Assembly (NCBI GenBank): GCA_030390025.1
Contig: CM059432.1
Location: 93,250,001 to 93,314,000, forward strand
Source of the DNA: Squalus acanthias
Lineage: Eukaryota
DNA length: 64,000 nucleotides
Reading direction: 5' to 3'
How positions within the stretch are numbered: the first letter of the stretch is position 1; the number at the start of each line of letters is the position of its first letter. The notes under the pieces were generated by a model. That model was not told the DNA's origin. It searched no databases and saw only the letters and a program-made list of their open reading frames with translations. The position numbers were made by a program, and so were the translations under genes. Below are positions 51,101 to 63,962 of this stretch, piece after piece.

Positions 51101-52923
51101 CCTAGATACATTGAGGATCCATGATGGCCCATATATTGCACTCCACACACATCACAAGGGTTCCCTTCGCTGCCATCTCTTTCTGTTTAACTTTAAAAAA
51201 AATATAGGTAGTGTTTGCCAGAACTTCCACTAGCAGCAATCTCTAAGTAGAATCAAACTCCATTTATTCATTTCACACAAAGAACTCCAGTCCAACTGCA
51301 CCTCAAGGCTGAATTCCCTCTAAGGCTTAATTCCTGTTGGGACTAAACTCAACTCTTTTGGCCTCTCACAGCTCTGATTTGATAACTAGTTGAATTATTA
51401 AGTGTTACGCTAGAGCTAAACAATCTCCTTTTGGATTTTATGCAATACTTCAAAAATCATTTGATAGCTGTTACCTTAGGTCATTAGATCACGTCAAGAA
51501 CTCCTGACATAAATTGCAAGCCAATTGTTAAGATATCGATAAATGCACGTTAAGTTTTACCAAAAGGAAACGTGCATGTATATTGAATCTGGACATTAAG
51601 AGGGCCACATTGATTTTAAGAACGTTTGAAAAATTAGTTTTACCAGGTATTAGTGTACTTTGACTATGTCATTCTTTTCCCTCTGCTCTTTATGACACTT
51701 GTTCTGACAATCAGCTGTAGATTCCCCATATAACACTGCCAAACAGGAACAGTTAGACCGTTTTTGTTTTGAGTGCTCCGTTACTGTTTTAATTCTTCAC
51801 GTCACCTACTTACTTTAAAAGTTTAGTTTTCTCGAACAGACCAACAGCCTTTCCTGGTAGAGATAATTAGTTGAAATTGTACCGAAGGATCCTACCACAA
51901 CCAAAACAATAAACATTGTTGGGATGAACTCTAATCATAGATAAGAAAAATCTTAGATATTTTTCACAAATGTGGCAATTTGCAGAGAGTTTTGTACAGA
52001 TGCTATGGAAGAAAAAACCTCTGGGGATATAAATATGAAATGTAACTGTCCTGAGGCAGTTTGAATAATAAATGCCTTTGGTTGTCTGATAATACTTTTA
52101 AAAGAAGTCATTGTTCAATCAGGGAGTAGATGTTTGGAATTAATTTTCTAAGACTGATACAGAATCCGGATTACTGCCCGTGTTAAAATTGCACAGGAAG
52201 AAATCTTACATTAATACTTAATATGCTCATATGAAATCCCTCTCTGTTCTATTTTAACACAGGCACTAACTCAGGTTACTGTCTGTACTAAAATATTGCA
52301 GAAAGGAATTTCAGACTAGTTTTTTGTGGACGAGGACAGTGCCGATTTCTACCCTATTGGTTCTTCCTAAGATATTTCAGTGGTCAGGTCTCTTTCATGA
52401 TTGATTTTAAAAAGTACATGAGAAATATGATTGGGCAGGTAATGTTAAAATCTTCTCGTCAAAAGTGATCCTCCTCTCAGCTCGAGTCTACAATGTTTCT
52501 CTCTCATTTTATCACCATTTTTCTTGTCTTTCTCTATTTTATCAATACTCTTGTGTTAAGCTGTTCTCTGAACTTTCCTCCCTTGTTACTCCCAAGATCC
52601 TAATATGTCAGACTGCACATTTTTCATTCTCCCTCATCTCACTGTGTTGAAATCAGGCCTCATCACACCATCGGCTGCTGTATGTCATTATTTCCCTGGA
52701 ACTTAGAGCAGTGGAACTCCTTACTTCACTCAGTCTTCACTTCTTTCTATAATCAATAGGTTTTTGAAATCACCCAGACACTACATCTTGATTTGTCTTA
52801 CTTTTGCTCCTACTGTTTTCAGTCTTGATGATGTTCTGTACTTTGCTTCTTCACATAGATTCTCAATTTTAAAAAGATACTTCAATTTCACACCATAATG
52901 ATCACTAATGTACCCACACAGCA

Positions 52924-53020
52924 GGACGAAAGGTCATCGACCTGAAACGTTAACTTTTCTCTCTCCACAGATGCTGCCTGACCTGCTGAGTATTTCCAGC
53001 ATTTTCTGTCTTTATTTCAG
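52924..53020 (+). mobile_element. Penelope-like short repeat (11600 family), hammerhead core clipped
   Basis: gacgaaaggtcatcgacctgaaacgttaac..cagatgctgcctgacctgctgagtatttccagc; lacks the initial CT of the core. Confidence 0.8.
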
Positions 53021-53354
53021 CATGCTCTTTATTTTGTTAATGCAGTAAATTTTCATCTTCACTGGTCCCAGTGCTGAGCTTCACATATTGAGATGCATAT
53101 CAGAAATTTGGACACGTGTCCCCCACAATTTCCTATCCAATTTAAATTGGGGTGGGCTGATGTTGAATTTCTAACAGTACTCCAAGCACGTGAAGCTCTG
53201 TGCTAGAAATACTGAAGGTGAAAATTTACCCCAGTATTTTGAGAAAATGTAATTCATATTAAATTTTGCCTACATAGCAATAGTGGTTACACTTCAAAAC
53301 TAATTTATTGACTGTGAAGCACTTTGAAATGTCCTGATGACATGGAAGATGCTA

Positions 53355-53602
53355 TTTTTTAAAAAATTAGTTTATGGGATGTGGGCGTCGCTGGCAAGGC
53401 CAGCATTTATTGCCCATCCCTAATTGCCCCCGAGAAGGTGGTGGTGAGCCACCTTCTTCAACCGCTGCAGTCCGTGTGATGAAGGTACTCCCACAGTGCT
53501 GTTAGGGAGGGAGTTCCAGGATTTTGACCCAGCGACGATGAAGGATCAGCGATATATTTCTAAGTCAGGATGGTGTGTGACTTGGAGGGGCACTTGGAGG
53601 TG
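53355..53602 (-). mobile_element. LINE family B 3' end
   Basis: gggatgtgggcgtcgctggcaaggccagcatttattgccc terminus. Confidence 0.88.
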
Positions 53603-54016
53603 AACTGAACTGCTGGGACAAATGAAAATGTCGTACCATGGAAGGGAATTGGTCTGAATGGGTAATGTTGGATGAAAGGTTAGATAGATATGTGCTGGAG
53701 TTGCATTTGATTAACTTTTCAGGCAGGTAAAACCTTTCCATGGGAAACTAAATGAGCCAAGTCCACGATAAAACAGACTGTACATGATGTGTGGAAGGCA
53801 CACCCTTGATGGGTGAATGTTCTTTTCAAGTTTCATGCTCTCTTACATCCTGATCTCACCACAGCTGTGATTCGTTAGAGCCAGCTGGTGAAGAAATGGT
53901 CAATGCAGTCTGTTCGGCAGAGATTTTATAATGTGAAAAAGATGCAATGCTTGGGTTGCAGTGGTATTCTACAGAAACACAACCACAGGCAAATACACTG
54001 CCATCCACCTTAGGGG

Positions 54017-54410
54017 AAAGAAAGATTTGTATTTTTATAGCACCTTATCACATTTCTCAGAAAAGGTCTCAAAACGCGTAACATGCAATTAATTTGAAAT
54101 CCAGTGACTGTTTTAATACGGAAAAATACAGCAGCCATTTTGTGCACTGCAAGATCCCCTAAACAGCAACAACAAATGGCCAATTAATCTGCTTTATGTT
54201 GAGTGGTATTGATTGAAGGAGGAATTACGGCCAGGGCACAGGGTGATTCTCTGCTCTTCTAATAATAGTGCAAGCATCAATTTAACACGTCATCCAAAGA
54301 GTTGACACCCCCAATAGTGCAGCACTCTCTCCACATTGTTCAAATCCTGGAGTGGGGCTTAAACCCATAACCTTCTAACTCAGAGTGCTAACAATTGAGC
54401 CGATCTGACA
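54017..54410 (-). mobile_element. Deu-SINE, degraded
   Basis: Colinear degenerate match to 18684-19150. Confidence 0.7.
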
Positions 54411-54849
54411 ACTGAAGTCAATACAATTATTACTCATTTGAATTTTAATTTGAGATTATGGCAATGAAACAATAAAATCTGTCTGTGGGAAGATCAAGGA
54501 CAGGGATCTTCTCAGAGATAAGATCTTGACAGCCAGAAAAACATGTCATCAACGCTGTGTGAAAAAATTACGGCTGCACAATGTGCTGGAGCATTTTCAT
54601 GCATGTGGAGTCACAGAGTAATAGGGTGCCGATTTCATGATTTCAAATGTGTTGCTGCGAAGAGCCAATGAGAAGAGGCCAGTCAAGTCCCTACAAGGAA
54701 ATGCCGGTTTTCAGTGCATACGCTGTGCATGCCTGAAACCGGCATTTCCGACGTCCCTACGGGTGGATACACAGCCCGTACCCACCTGTAGGGATCGCAA
54801 TATCCGGGCCATGGTTAAAAAGAGGGGTCTGCATGACAGTTTGTTACAG

Positions 54850-55240
54850 GGCTCCTAGGGCATAGGTTTGTATCTAGTCCAGGCTAATGGGGCGAAAGCC
54901 TCCTCACTCCGCTGGCTGCAAGAGTCACAGGTGACTGAGTTTGGGTTGTTTCAATCCACATTCTAGGGCACACAAGCCCACAGCTCATAACGGCCCTTAA
55001 TTCAGTACAGATTGATATTGAACCTCATTTACAGACCCTGCAAAAAATGCTAGATGGGAAATAGAAAAACTCATACTGGTGCCATAGGGGATGGTCATCT
55101 GAGGATCGAGTTGAGATGCTTTGTTGTGGCAAAACAGAGGGCGCTTTACTGTGCATCTATGATCTATGCTCGATACAGATGTTGGATGTAAAAAAAAGTT
55201 CCATTCCTCAGCACGTACATCCTTCATCATACACAAAGCA
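54850..55240 (+). mobile_element. Old SINE, LF-SINE-like
   Basis: ttgtggcaaaacagagggcgctttactgtgcat..gttccattcctcagcac motif order. Family name is from recall only. Confidence 0.45.
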
Positions 55241-55403
55241 TAACTATACAGTCAAAAAAAAGGAGAATTTTTGTTCTTTTTGAACACTGGTCAGAAACAA
55301 CAATGTCATTAAAATATTGGTTCGAATTGAAAAGATTGTATCCAGCTTATGTGCAGATGCTTGGCACAACAGCGATGCCATGGTACAACTACTTGCAATG
55401 TAG

Positions 55404-55830
55404 CATAAGGAGATATTAGGACAGGTGACCAAAAGCTTGTCAAAGAGGTAGGTTTTAAGGAGCATCTTAAAGGAACAGAGAGAGGTAGAGAAGCGGAGAG
55501 GTTAAGGGAGGGAATTCCAGAGCTTAGGGCCTAGGCAGCTGAAGACACGGCCACCAATGGTGGAGCCATGAAAACTGGGGATGCGCAAAAGGCCAGAATT
55601 GGAGGATTGCAGAGATCTCTGAGGATTGTAGGGCTGGAGGAGGTTACAGAGATAGGGAGGCGCGAGGCCATGGAGCAATTTGAACACAAGGATAAGAATT
55701 TTAAAATCAAGGTGGTGCCGGACCGGGGGCCAATGTCAACGAGCACAGGGGTGATGGGTGAACGGGACTTGGTGCGAGTTAGGATACGGGCAGCAGAGTT
55801 TGGATGAGCTCAAGTTTACCGAGGGTGCAA
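55404..55830 (-). mobile_element. L2 LINE 3' fragment
   Basis: FKLLHGLAPPYL..GGRVFSCLGPKLWNSLP. Confidence 0.9.
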
Positions 55831-56593
55831 CATTATCCAGCTTCTTTTCAATTTCAGTTATGTTTCTTTTTGGCTAATCCTGGTATACCAATAGCAATGC
55901 CCATGGTGAAGCCCATCACCAAATTATTGGGAAGCAAGCCTATTTTGGCTTCTTTATGTTTTTAACAATCTTGCTATTGTTGATGCTGGAGTAAATCGCA
56001 TTAAATCGTACAAATTCAGAACTTGCTTTTTTAAATTTTGAAAACTGTAATTTCTTCAAAAGCTCTATACTTTATAAAACGATGCTGTATAATTATCTCC
56101 TGCGGGGTGCGTGGCTGCAAGTAAATACCATACGGCCTCCAAAGGTACCAGGAAGATTAGGGTTTCTTCTACATTTAGGTCAGGCAAAACCAAGAAAGAA
56201 ATTATCTGAATAGTCAAATCTGGTTTATCATCTCCCCATTAAATGTTCACTAATTTAACTTTGACTTATCACACTGTATTAGAGAACTACGATACCTGCT
56301 GTGAGAGAGCTGTGCTGGTGGCATTGCTTCCCAGTGTGTGGATATCACACAGAAGGTGGCAATCTGATTGTAAACCCTCCAGGATTTGCCACAGCCAGCA
56401 GCCAGGCTCACTGCACATCAAGATACGGCATCACGAGTGCAGAGCTCACGGAATATAAAAGCAGCAGAGTTGTACATGAAGTTCAGTGACGGAAGCGTGT
56501 AGCCTAAAAATTACAGCATTTGATTATTCAAATCGGCTTCGGGAAATGTAGCAGAAACTTTGTCTATGTACAGTTTGGTGTGCTGAATACAAT

Positions 56594-57299
56594 GGGGGAA
56601 AAATTGGGTAGCACCCTGAAAAAGTTAGCACTCCCGCGGCCGAATTTCCGAGGTAGCGCCCCGAGAGGGAGGAGGGGCGCTACTGGAAGCACCCCGCGTC
56701 CCTCTTGGGGCGCTGCGAGCCAATGTCGCGGCACTGCAGCACGTCGCACCGCGGTACTGCAGGCCTTCCTCCCCTTATTAAAGGGGAGGGGCCTGGCGCA
56801 GCGCGTCCCAGCGCCCAGCTGGGTCACCAGGGATCGGGAGTGCTGGCAAACGAGCCCGACACTCAAGAGGAGTGCCGGGCTCACGGAGAGCAGCCGGCAC
56901 CCTGCGGGGGGGCTTCACAGCGGCCGGGGACAGCAACGGGGGCAGGTGCTGGCAGGCGGCCAGCAACAAAAATGGCCGCCTGCCACCTCCCCTTTAACTA
57001 GCGCCGCCCTGGCCGCAGGTAGGCCCCCTTGACCCCGGCGGACATAGCGTCTGGCGGTAAGTCGGGGGGCGCCACCCAATATTACAGCTGGGGCGCGGGC
57101 GGAACGCTGCGCACAGCAAAGACATCATTGCCAGCGGTGCAGCGCCGCGCGGCGCTAACGGTTAGCGCCGCCACTAACTTCCCGCTGAATTTCGCGGGTG
57201 GCGTTAGCGGCGCCGCACCCAAGCGCTAGTTGATTTGCGCCCCGTTAGCGCCCTCTTAGGGCGCTAACGGGAGGCGCAAATCAACCGAATTTAGCCCCC
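56594..57299. mobile_element. GC/CpG-rich Harbinger-type MITE
   Basis: Ends gggggaaaaattgg / cgaatttagccccc with AAT on both sides; many agcgc/gcgct motifs. Confidence 0.85.
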
Positions 57300-57754
57300 A
57301 ATGTCTTTTAGTTACAATTAAGCTTTGATGGTGCCTGAGTGCCATGTCTCTGAGGCTTGAGGTGTACGGCAAATCTTTGAGATGTCTATTATGTCGGCAG
57401 TTTGAGATGTGCAGCACATCCTCCGAGATGGATGCTGTTCTCTTTATTTCATAAAATTCAAGATCAATGAATTTGCACAAAATTATAATAACAGGAAATC
57501 ATCGTGTTGCTATATTATATAATGATCAAATAGAGACGGTATCTAAAATATTTTGATATGCAGTGCAAGCATACCGACTCATAATTAAACTGAGGCCAAA
57601 CATAAAATTCATGTGTAAAATGGAAAGCTTTTTCCACAAATAAACTGAGTGAAAAAACACATTCTTTTCATTTTAACAGCACAATGGAAAATCAACTGAT
57701 TTATCAAAGCTACTGTATACAATTTCATAAAACCTGAATATGGCTGGTTTTGTG

Positions 57755-58212
57755 CTGTGGCTCAGTTGGTAGCACCCTTGGCTGAGTCAGAAGGTTGTGG
57801 GTTCAAGTCCCACTCCAGGGACTTAGCACAAAAATTTGGGCTGACACTCCAGTGCAGTGCTGAGGGAGTGCTGCACTGTCAGAGGTGCCGTCTTTCGGAT
57901 GAGACATTAAAACCAAGTCTGCTCTCGGGTGGACGTAAAAGATCCTAAAGCACTATTTCGAAGAAGAGCAGTGGAGTTCTCCCCGGTGTCCTAGCCAATA
58001 TTTATGCCTCAATCAACATCGCTAAAAAAATACAGATTATCTGGTCATTATCACATTGCTGTTGTGGAAGCTTGCCGTGCACAAATTGGCTGCCACGTTT
58101 CCTACATTACAACAGTGACTACACTTCAAAAAAGTACTTCATTGGTTGTAAAGAGCTTTGGGACGTCCGGTGGTCGTGAAAGGCGCTATATAAATGTAAG
58201 TCTTTCTTTTCC
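57755..58212 (+). mobile_element. Deu-domain SINE, full length
   Basis: Box A tggctcagttgg, box B ggttcaagtcc, Deu core and tail. Confidence 0.9.
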
Positions 58213-59879
58213 TTTTTTTTCCTGTGTGCTGCTCGCACACATCAAAGGAAGACAAGTGTCCAAACTCTGTGCCTCAAGTGAACTACTGAAAGTCTTGAAA
58301 CCAATTACCATCCAACTCATCATCATTTAATGTGCATTGGTGTGTGTTTCTTGGAACACCCCCCCCCCCCCCCACCACCAAAATAAAATCAATCTAGTTT
58401 CAAAAATATAGGCCCTGAAATTCTTGGAGAAAGCAAGATTTCAGCCCAGGGAGGGCCAGAAATTTGGATGGAACCTGGTTCTGCTGGGATTCTGCACTAT
58501 TTGCAGTGCCCCTTTAAATTCTAATGGGGGAGGGAACGCGGGTGGATCCTCTACACGCTCTCCGACGCCAAGGCTGGAGAAGTTCTGGGAAATTCCACTC
58601 ATTCCGCCCTTAAAAGACAATAGCGGAAGTCACACCACCTGAGTTGCACTGAAACCCCAGAAGCTCCCAAGAGAAAAGTAATCAATGCAGGAAGGGATCG
58701 ATTACATTTAAAATGTCTGCAAATTGTTCCCTTAGGAGCAAAAAAAACCATTCCTCCTGTTCTTCTTTGGCCGGCAGACTAAGGTAGGCACGTTTGATGC
58801 ATCCGCTCTGGTCAGTGAACTTGCCTCGTCCTGCAATTTGACATGGGGTCTGCATTCTGAGCAGACCAGGGTTATTCTACACCTCACTCATACCATCAGA
58901 GTGAACATTGCCCCTGTCTACAACTCCAGGTCCACAGCATTTATAAAGATGCTCCACTGAAGAAAACAGGGCCATACTTGAATCCCAGCTTCTTGCTCAC
59001 ACATGACGTGCAGTAAATTGAGGTCACAACGCCACAGTTCACAAGAGTCACTGCAGCAAAGAAAAGGTTTTACCAAGGGTGAGGGAACTAAAGGGTTAAG
59101 AAGTTCAGAATAGGATAGGAGACATATCTGCCAATATGAAAGTTTCTTTATGCTTCAGGGGAAGAGAAATTGTGTGTGTATTTAAAAAAATACAGTACAT
59201 GGATCGGCAACACATTGTCAAACCAGCCTTGTTAAATAATGGGAACTCTATACAGTGGAAAAACTGTGATTTGCATTTTAAGGATCAAATGTTTATACTG
59301 TTAAGTATAAGGATGTAGTATTTTATTAAACCAAGCCAGGAAAACAAGTATCAGAACATTCACAAATAGATAAACAGTTAATCCATTCAATCCGATCGAA
59401 CAAACATAACACACAACATAGATAACGTCTGATCACACAAAGGTTTGTGATTTTCTATTGCTGTGCACCATGATAAAGAGAAACACACTAATAATTAGAG
59501 CATTTCTTTGTTCACCTTAAAGCTACAAGCTGGAAACGTCCTAGTCTGACATCTTTGCTGCAAAAAGAAAATGTCCCAGTCACGTTGCGTGGTGGACAGG
59601 CTGTAAGAAAATCTACTTGCTGCCCACCATCTCAGAGCATTCACTCTATCTCATGAAATGGATCCGCACTGAGCACCACAGCTAATCCTGTAAATAAGAT
59701 GATCTAAAACACACACTAAAAAAACACCAGCACTGGACCAACATCAGGTAAACTACTTGATCTTTCTGCCCTTGCAAACATCCACTCCATCTCCAATCTC
59801 CCTCTCTTCTCCAAAGTCCTTGAATGTGTCGCCACTTCCCAAAACTGTGCCCTTCCTTCCTGAAACTCCATGTAAATCT

Positions 59880-61023
59880 CTCCAATCAGGTTTCCACCCC
59901 TCACAGCACCTTAACAGCCTTAACCAAAATCCCAAATGACATCCTCTGTGACTGTAACCGTGAGCATTAATCCTCAACATCCTCCTCAACCTCACTGCAT
60001 CCTTTGACATGATCGACCACACCACCCTCATCTAACACCTCTCCTCCACTGTCTAGCATGGTGGAACTGCCCTTGCTTGGTTTCACTCTTACCTGTGCAA
60101 CTTCTCAACCCTTCCACTGCCTCTGTGCTGCCAGACTATATTTGTCCAACATCCGGTCTTAGATAAGCCACAATTTCCTCCAGCTAAACATTGAGAAGAC
60201 TGAAACCATCGTCTTCCTCTCTGGCAATAAACTCCATAGCCTCGTCACTGATCCCACCCCCCTCCCTGGCCACTGTCTCAGGCTGAACCAGACTCTTCGC
60301 ACCCTCGGCACCCTATTCGACCCCAAGCTGGGCTTCTGGCCGCATATCCTTTTCATTACAAAGACCGCCTACTTTCACCTCTATAAGATCGCCCACCTCA
60401 GTCCATCTGCAGCTGAAACCCTCATCCAAACCTTTGTCACCTCCAGACTTGACTATTCCAATGCTCTCCTGGCCAGCCTCTGATCCTTCACCCTCTATAA
60501 ACTTCACCTCATCCAAAACTCTGCTGCCCATATCCTATCCCGCATCAAGTCCCACTCACCCATCACCATGTCCTCACTGACCTACATTGGCTCCTGGGCC
60601 CCCAAAGCCTCAAATTTAAATTTCTCATCCTCAAGATGAAATCACTTCATGGCCGTACACCCTCCCTATCTCTGTAACCTTCTCCAACCTTAGAAACCAC
60701 CCTCCCAGAACACTCTGTTCCACTGACTCTGACATCTTGTGCATCCCCTCCACCCTTTGGCCCACCACTGCGGCTGTGCTTTCAGCTACCTAGATCCCAC
60801 ACACTGGAATTCCCTCCCTAAACCCCTCCATTTTGCCACCTCCCTACCTCTATTTCCCCCTTTAAGATCCTCCTTAAAACTCACCCCTTTAACCAAGCTT
60901 TTGGTCACTCCTCCTAATGTCTCCTTAGTTGGATTGGCGTCCACATTTTTTAATACACCTCTGCAAAGCGTCTTAGGACATTTTCTACATTATTGGCGCT
61001 ATATAAATACAAATTCTTGTTGT
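59880..61023 (+). mobile_element. L2 LINE, decayed RT to 3' end
   Basis: caatcaggtttcc (QSGF), ctcctcaacctcactgcatcctttgacatgatcgaccac (LLxLxAxFDxIDH), tccagacttgactattccaat (SRLDYSN) and L2 terminus. Confidence 0.88.
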
Positions 61024-61630
61024 AGTTACCCCAACACTAAATCCCCCTTTAATACTCTCACCACAATACAAAAAGTTACTTGTAGGAGATATAAAGAAGA
61101 AATAAGCACAATCGTTCATATGTTTTGGTCTTTCCTAAGGTTTTCAAGTGTAACACCCAATTATTCAATTGGTATTGGACTACGGAGGTTGAGGAAGGGC
61201 CCAAACTCTACCAATTGGGAGCTACAAGGATCCATTGATAGCTGTATAGGTTTATTTAATTGTATCTTTTTGTTCAAAACAGCCATCTTATCAAAATGAA
61301 TTTTTTCGGCCTTCTCAGCTAACACCTCACAGTTCTGGTTAAAACTTCTGAGAATAATGCTTCTTAAAATAAATTAAAGGAGCAGGAGTTTGAGGCGGAT
61401 AGTCAATAGTTCTGGGTCACTGTCCTTTATGGACATAAACTCTGAGCCTTTCTGGGTCTCCTACCTCATTCTGCTTCTCTGATTTTAAACCTGCTGAACA
61501 ACGTGGCAAGAACGCTCATGAGATAAGTTCCCACCATAGTGTGCAATGGCATTCAGAGGTAGGAGCACCAGAGTAGCGCTGAGAAAGGAGTCCAAGACCA
61601 ACACTAGGGCGAAGAGTACAGAAAGGTCCA

Positions 61631-61766
61631 GAGCATCGCTGGTAGTGGGATGGGGAGAGTGGGAATCCCGAGAGTATCGCTGGTAGTGGGATGGGGAGAG
61701 TGGGAATCCCGAGAGTATCGCTGGTAGTGGGATGGGGAGAGTGGAAATCCCGAGAGTATCGCTGGT
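61631..61766. repeat. Minisatellite, 41-bp G-rich unit, ~3.3 copies
   Basis: gagtatcgctggtagtgggatggggagagtgggaatcccga units start at 61631, 61672, 61713 and 61754. Confidence 0.95.
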
Positions 61767-63539
61767 GCAAGTGGGGAAGAGAGAGAAGCAAGTGCAAAAG
61801 TAGCAGTCTTGGGGACAGGAAGCCTGAGAGTGGGACTTGAGAGGGGAGGACTACAGGGGAAAGCCCAAGAGTAAGATCAGGGTGTGGCGGGGGGAGAGAA
61901 AGTACCAGGGGAATGGGGAGGGGGAACCAAAAGTGGCACTTGTGGGGAAGGGGAGCAAGAGAAGAAATCCAGAGAGGAGCATAGTAAGGGGAGAGAGAGA
62001 GAGGAAAGCCTGAGAGCAACAGTGGGTGTAGAAACAAAAACCCAAAAATGTGGGGAGAGGAAGAAAAGAGAGCTCGAGGGCCACGTTGAAAGGGGAAAAG
62101 AGTGGACAAGAGCAGTGTTCAGGAAGGAGGCACCAGAAGAGCGAGGATGGGAACCTGTGCGATGAGGAGTGCGACAGCTTGAAACTGGCCAGGGGGTAGG
62201 AGTGTGACAGCATGAATTGAGGGGGAAGAGAAAAAAGAGTGCTATTATGAACTTGTGGGGTTGGAGGGGAAAGAGTGTCTCAGTGAATTAAGGGGGTGGA
62301 GGGGCAGACAGTGTCTGTGAGCTGGGAGTGGTCTTAGAGGGGTAAAAAGTGTCTTTGAAGTAGGGGTGGTGTTGGAGAGAATGGTGTTAAAAATTAACCG
62401 CAATGTAAAAATTTTATTGTAAAAATTCAAAATTTTGCAGGTGAATATGCCCCACATGGCATGGGAGTGGGGGCAGTATTTGGAAAGTTGAGTATAATTC
62501 TGAATTTAAAGCTATGTTCAATAACAACAGGTTCAAATTCCCTATTACACTATTTTAATGTTTTAAATAAGAAAATTAGCTAAAACTTGTTTTCTCCCGA
62601 TAACAGATTGTCTGTTATTACTAGGTTTTAAAATATATGAAGAAAAACAATAAATTCCCAAATGACAAAGAGAGTAGTTTGCAGTACAATTGAGTAAAAG
62701 TCTCTTCAATTTTAGATTCAAAAAATACAGAACGCATGTTCATTGTAGAACCAAAATGCTGGAAAATGCATCAAACAATCTGTCAAAAAAAAATCTAAAT
62801 TTGCTTGAGGGATGCCCTCAGAACATCCTAGAAAATAAATATTGCCTTCAACACATATATTCCTCTTCAGGCTTTCATGTACCTGAGTTAATTTCCTCCA
62901 ATACGAGTGAATTTTTTTTATATATACCTACAACTTAAATTACATGGCTGTGTCCACTGCACTTTCAGTTTAATTACTTCTTTTTATATATCGGCGGTTT
63001 ATAGTCAGGGCGATTTCAGAGCCATCAGTCTTTTTGGGGCTGAGCCAGCTTTTTTGAGTCCATTGGTTGGTATATTGAGCTATCAGTTGGATTGGTATGT
63101 GGTGGTCAATCTCCGTTCCCTTGTGCAAGATGATTGACAATTCTTTGCTTGTTTTATTGTCTTTGCTTTTTTTTGTTCTGCATCTTTTTCCTATTTTGCT
63201 CCTTTGTCCATTTCATAGTTCATTTATTTACCCAATTCTTCTTATTTTAAAAGCAGCTGGGTTATTGTTATGAGTTAGGCTTTGGATTATTAATCATAAT
63301 TAGGCTGTGGATTACTGAAAGTGCAGAGTACCATCCATGTATTGTTCAAAATGGATGGAGAAGACTCCCACATAGATGGATATTCATTTGGATATTTCAC
63401 AAAACGAAACAGGTGCTTCTTGGAGTATTTTGTTATCTACGTGCTCAGATTTTTGGTTTTAAGTATCTATCTTTGAACTAGATATTGTAAATACTTCTTG
63501 TACACTACCCACCTCTGACATCCTGTCTAACCATAAAGA

Positions 63540-63635
63540 TGATGAAAGGTCATCGACCTGAAACGTTAACTCTGTTTCTCTCTCAACAGATGCTGCCTGA
63601 CCTGCTGAGTATTTCCAGCATTTTCTGTTTTTATT
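63540..63635 (+). mobile_element. Penelope-like short repeat (11600 family), hammerhead core lacking first C and stem I
   Basis: tgatgaaaggtcatcgacctgaaacgttaactctg..gagtatttccagcattttctg. Confidence 0.8.
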
Positions 63636-63714
63636 ATAAAAATAATGGTTACTGGGCTGAGAAAAATATGTATTATCTAATGTACTGCTTATTTTAATAG
63701 GGTGACTCTCCTAC

Positions 63715-63962
63715 CTTGCACAGGGCACATCAATGTTTGAAGAAACAACTTTTCTTTTCTGATCTGAAACAACGGCAACAGGGCGCATGTGATCCTTCTC
63801 GTGATCCTGAATCCAGCTGATCTTTTTAGTTTCCAGTATTTTCATAGCTTCAATCTTTCTCACTAGGGGTAGCTGCTGCTCCAACACCTTCTGGTGGTTC
63901 TCAGTGTGGCTTTGATCATGTAATAGCACAACAGAAGATGTGTCTCGGCCATTGCAATTCAG
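63715..63962 (-). CDS. Candidate 248-nt coding exon of an unidentified host gene
   Basis: ttgtgccttgttcctgcag acceptor and AAG|gtagga donor bracket an 82-codon open frame ([15 protein letters not shown]) in non-repetitive sequence. Confidence 0.55.

Noticed and set aside
56520..57300. CpG-island promoter or GC-rich coding ORFs
   Set aside because: The GC-rich block is bounded exactly by TIRs and an AAT TSD; the ORFs are by-products of high GC.
57755..57825. Functional tRNA genes at SINE heads (also 30540, 41987, 19080-19150)
   Set aside because: A and B boxes continue into SINE bodies and do not close an acceptor stem.
61516..62213. Long Leu/Pro/Ser-rich ORFs
   Set aside because: They are translations of a low-complexity pyrimidine strand with no recognisable motif.
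62975..63190. Exon following 63715 (would end RKKMQNKKKQRQ*)
   Set aside because: The acceptor is purine-rich and weak, and the longer open frame is out of phase with the upstream candidate. It cannot be supported without RNA data.
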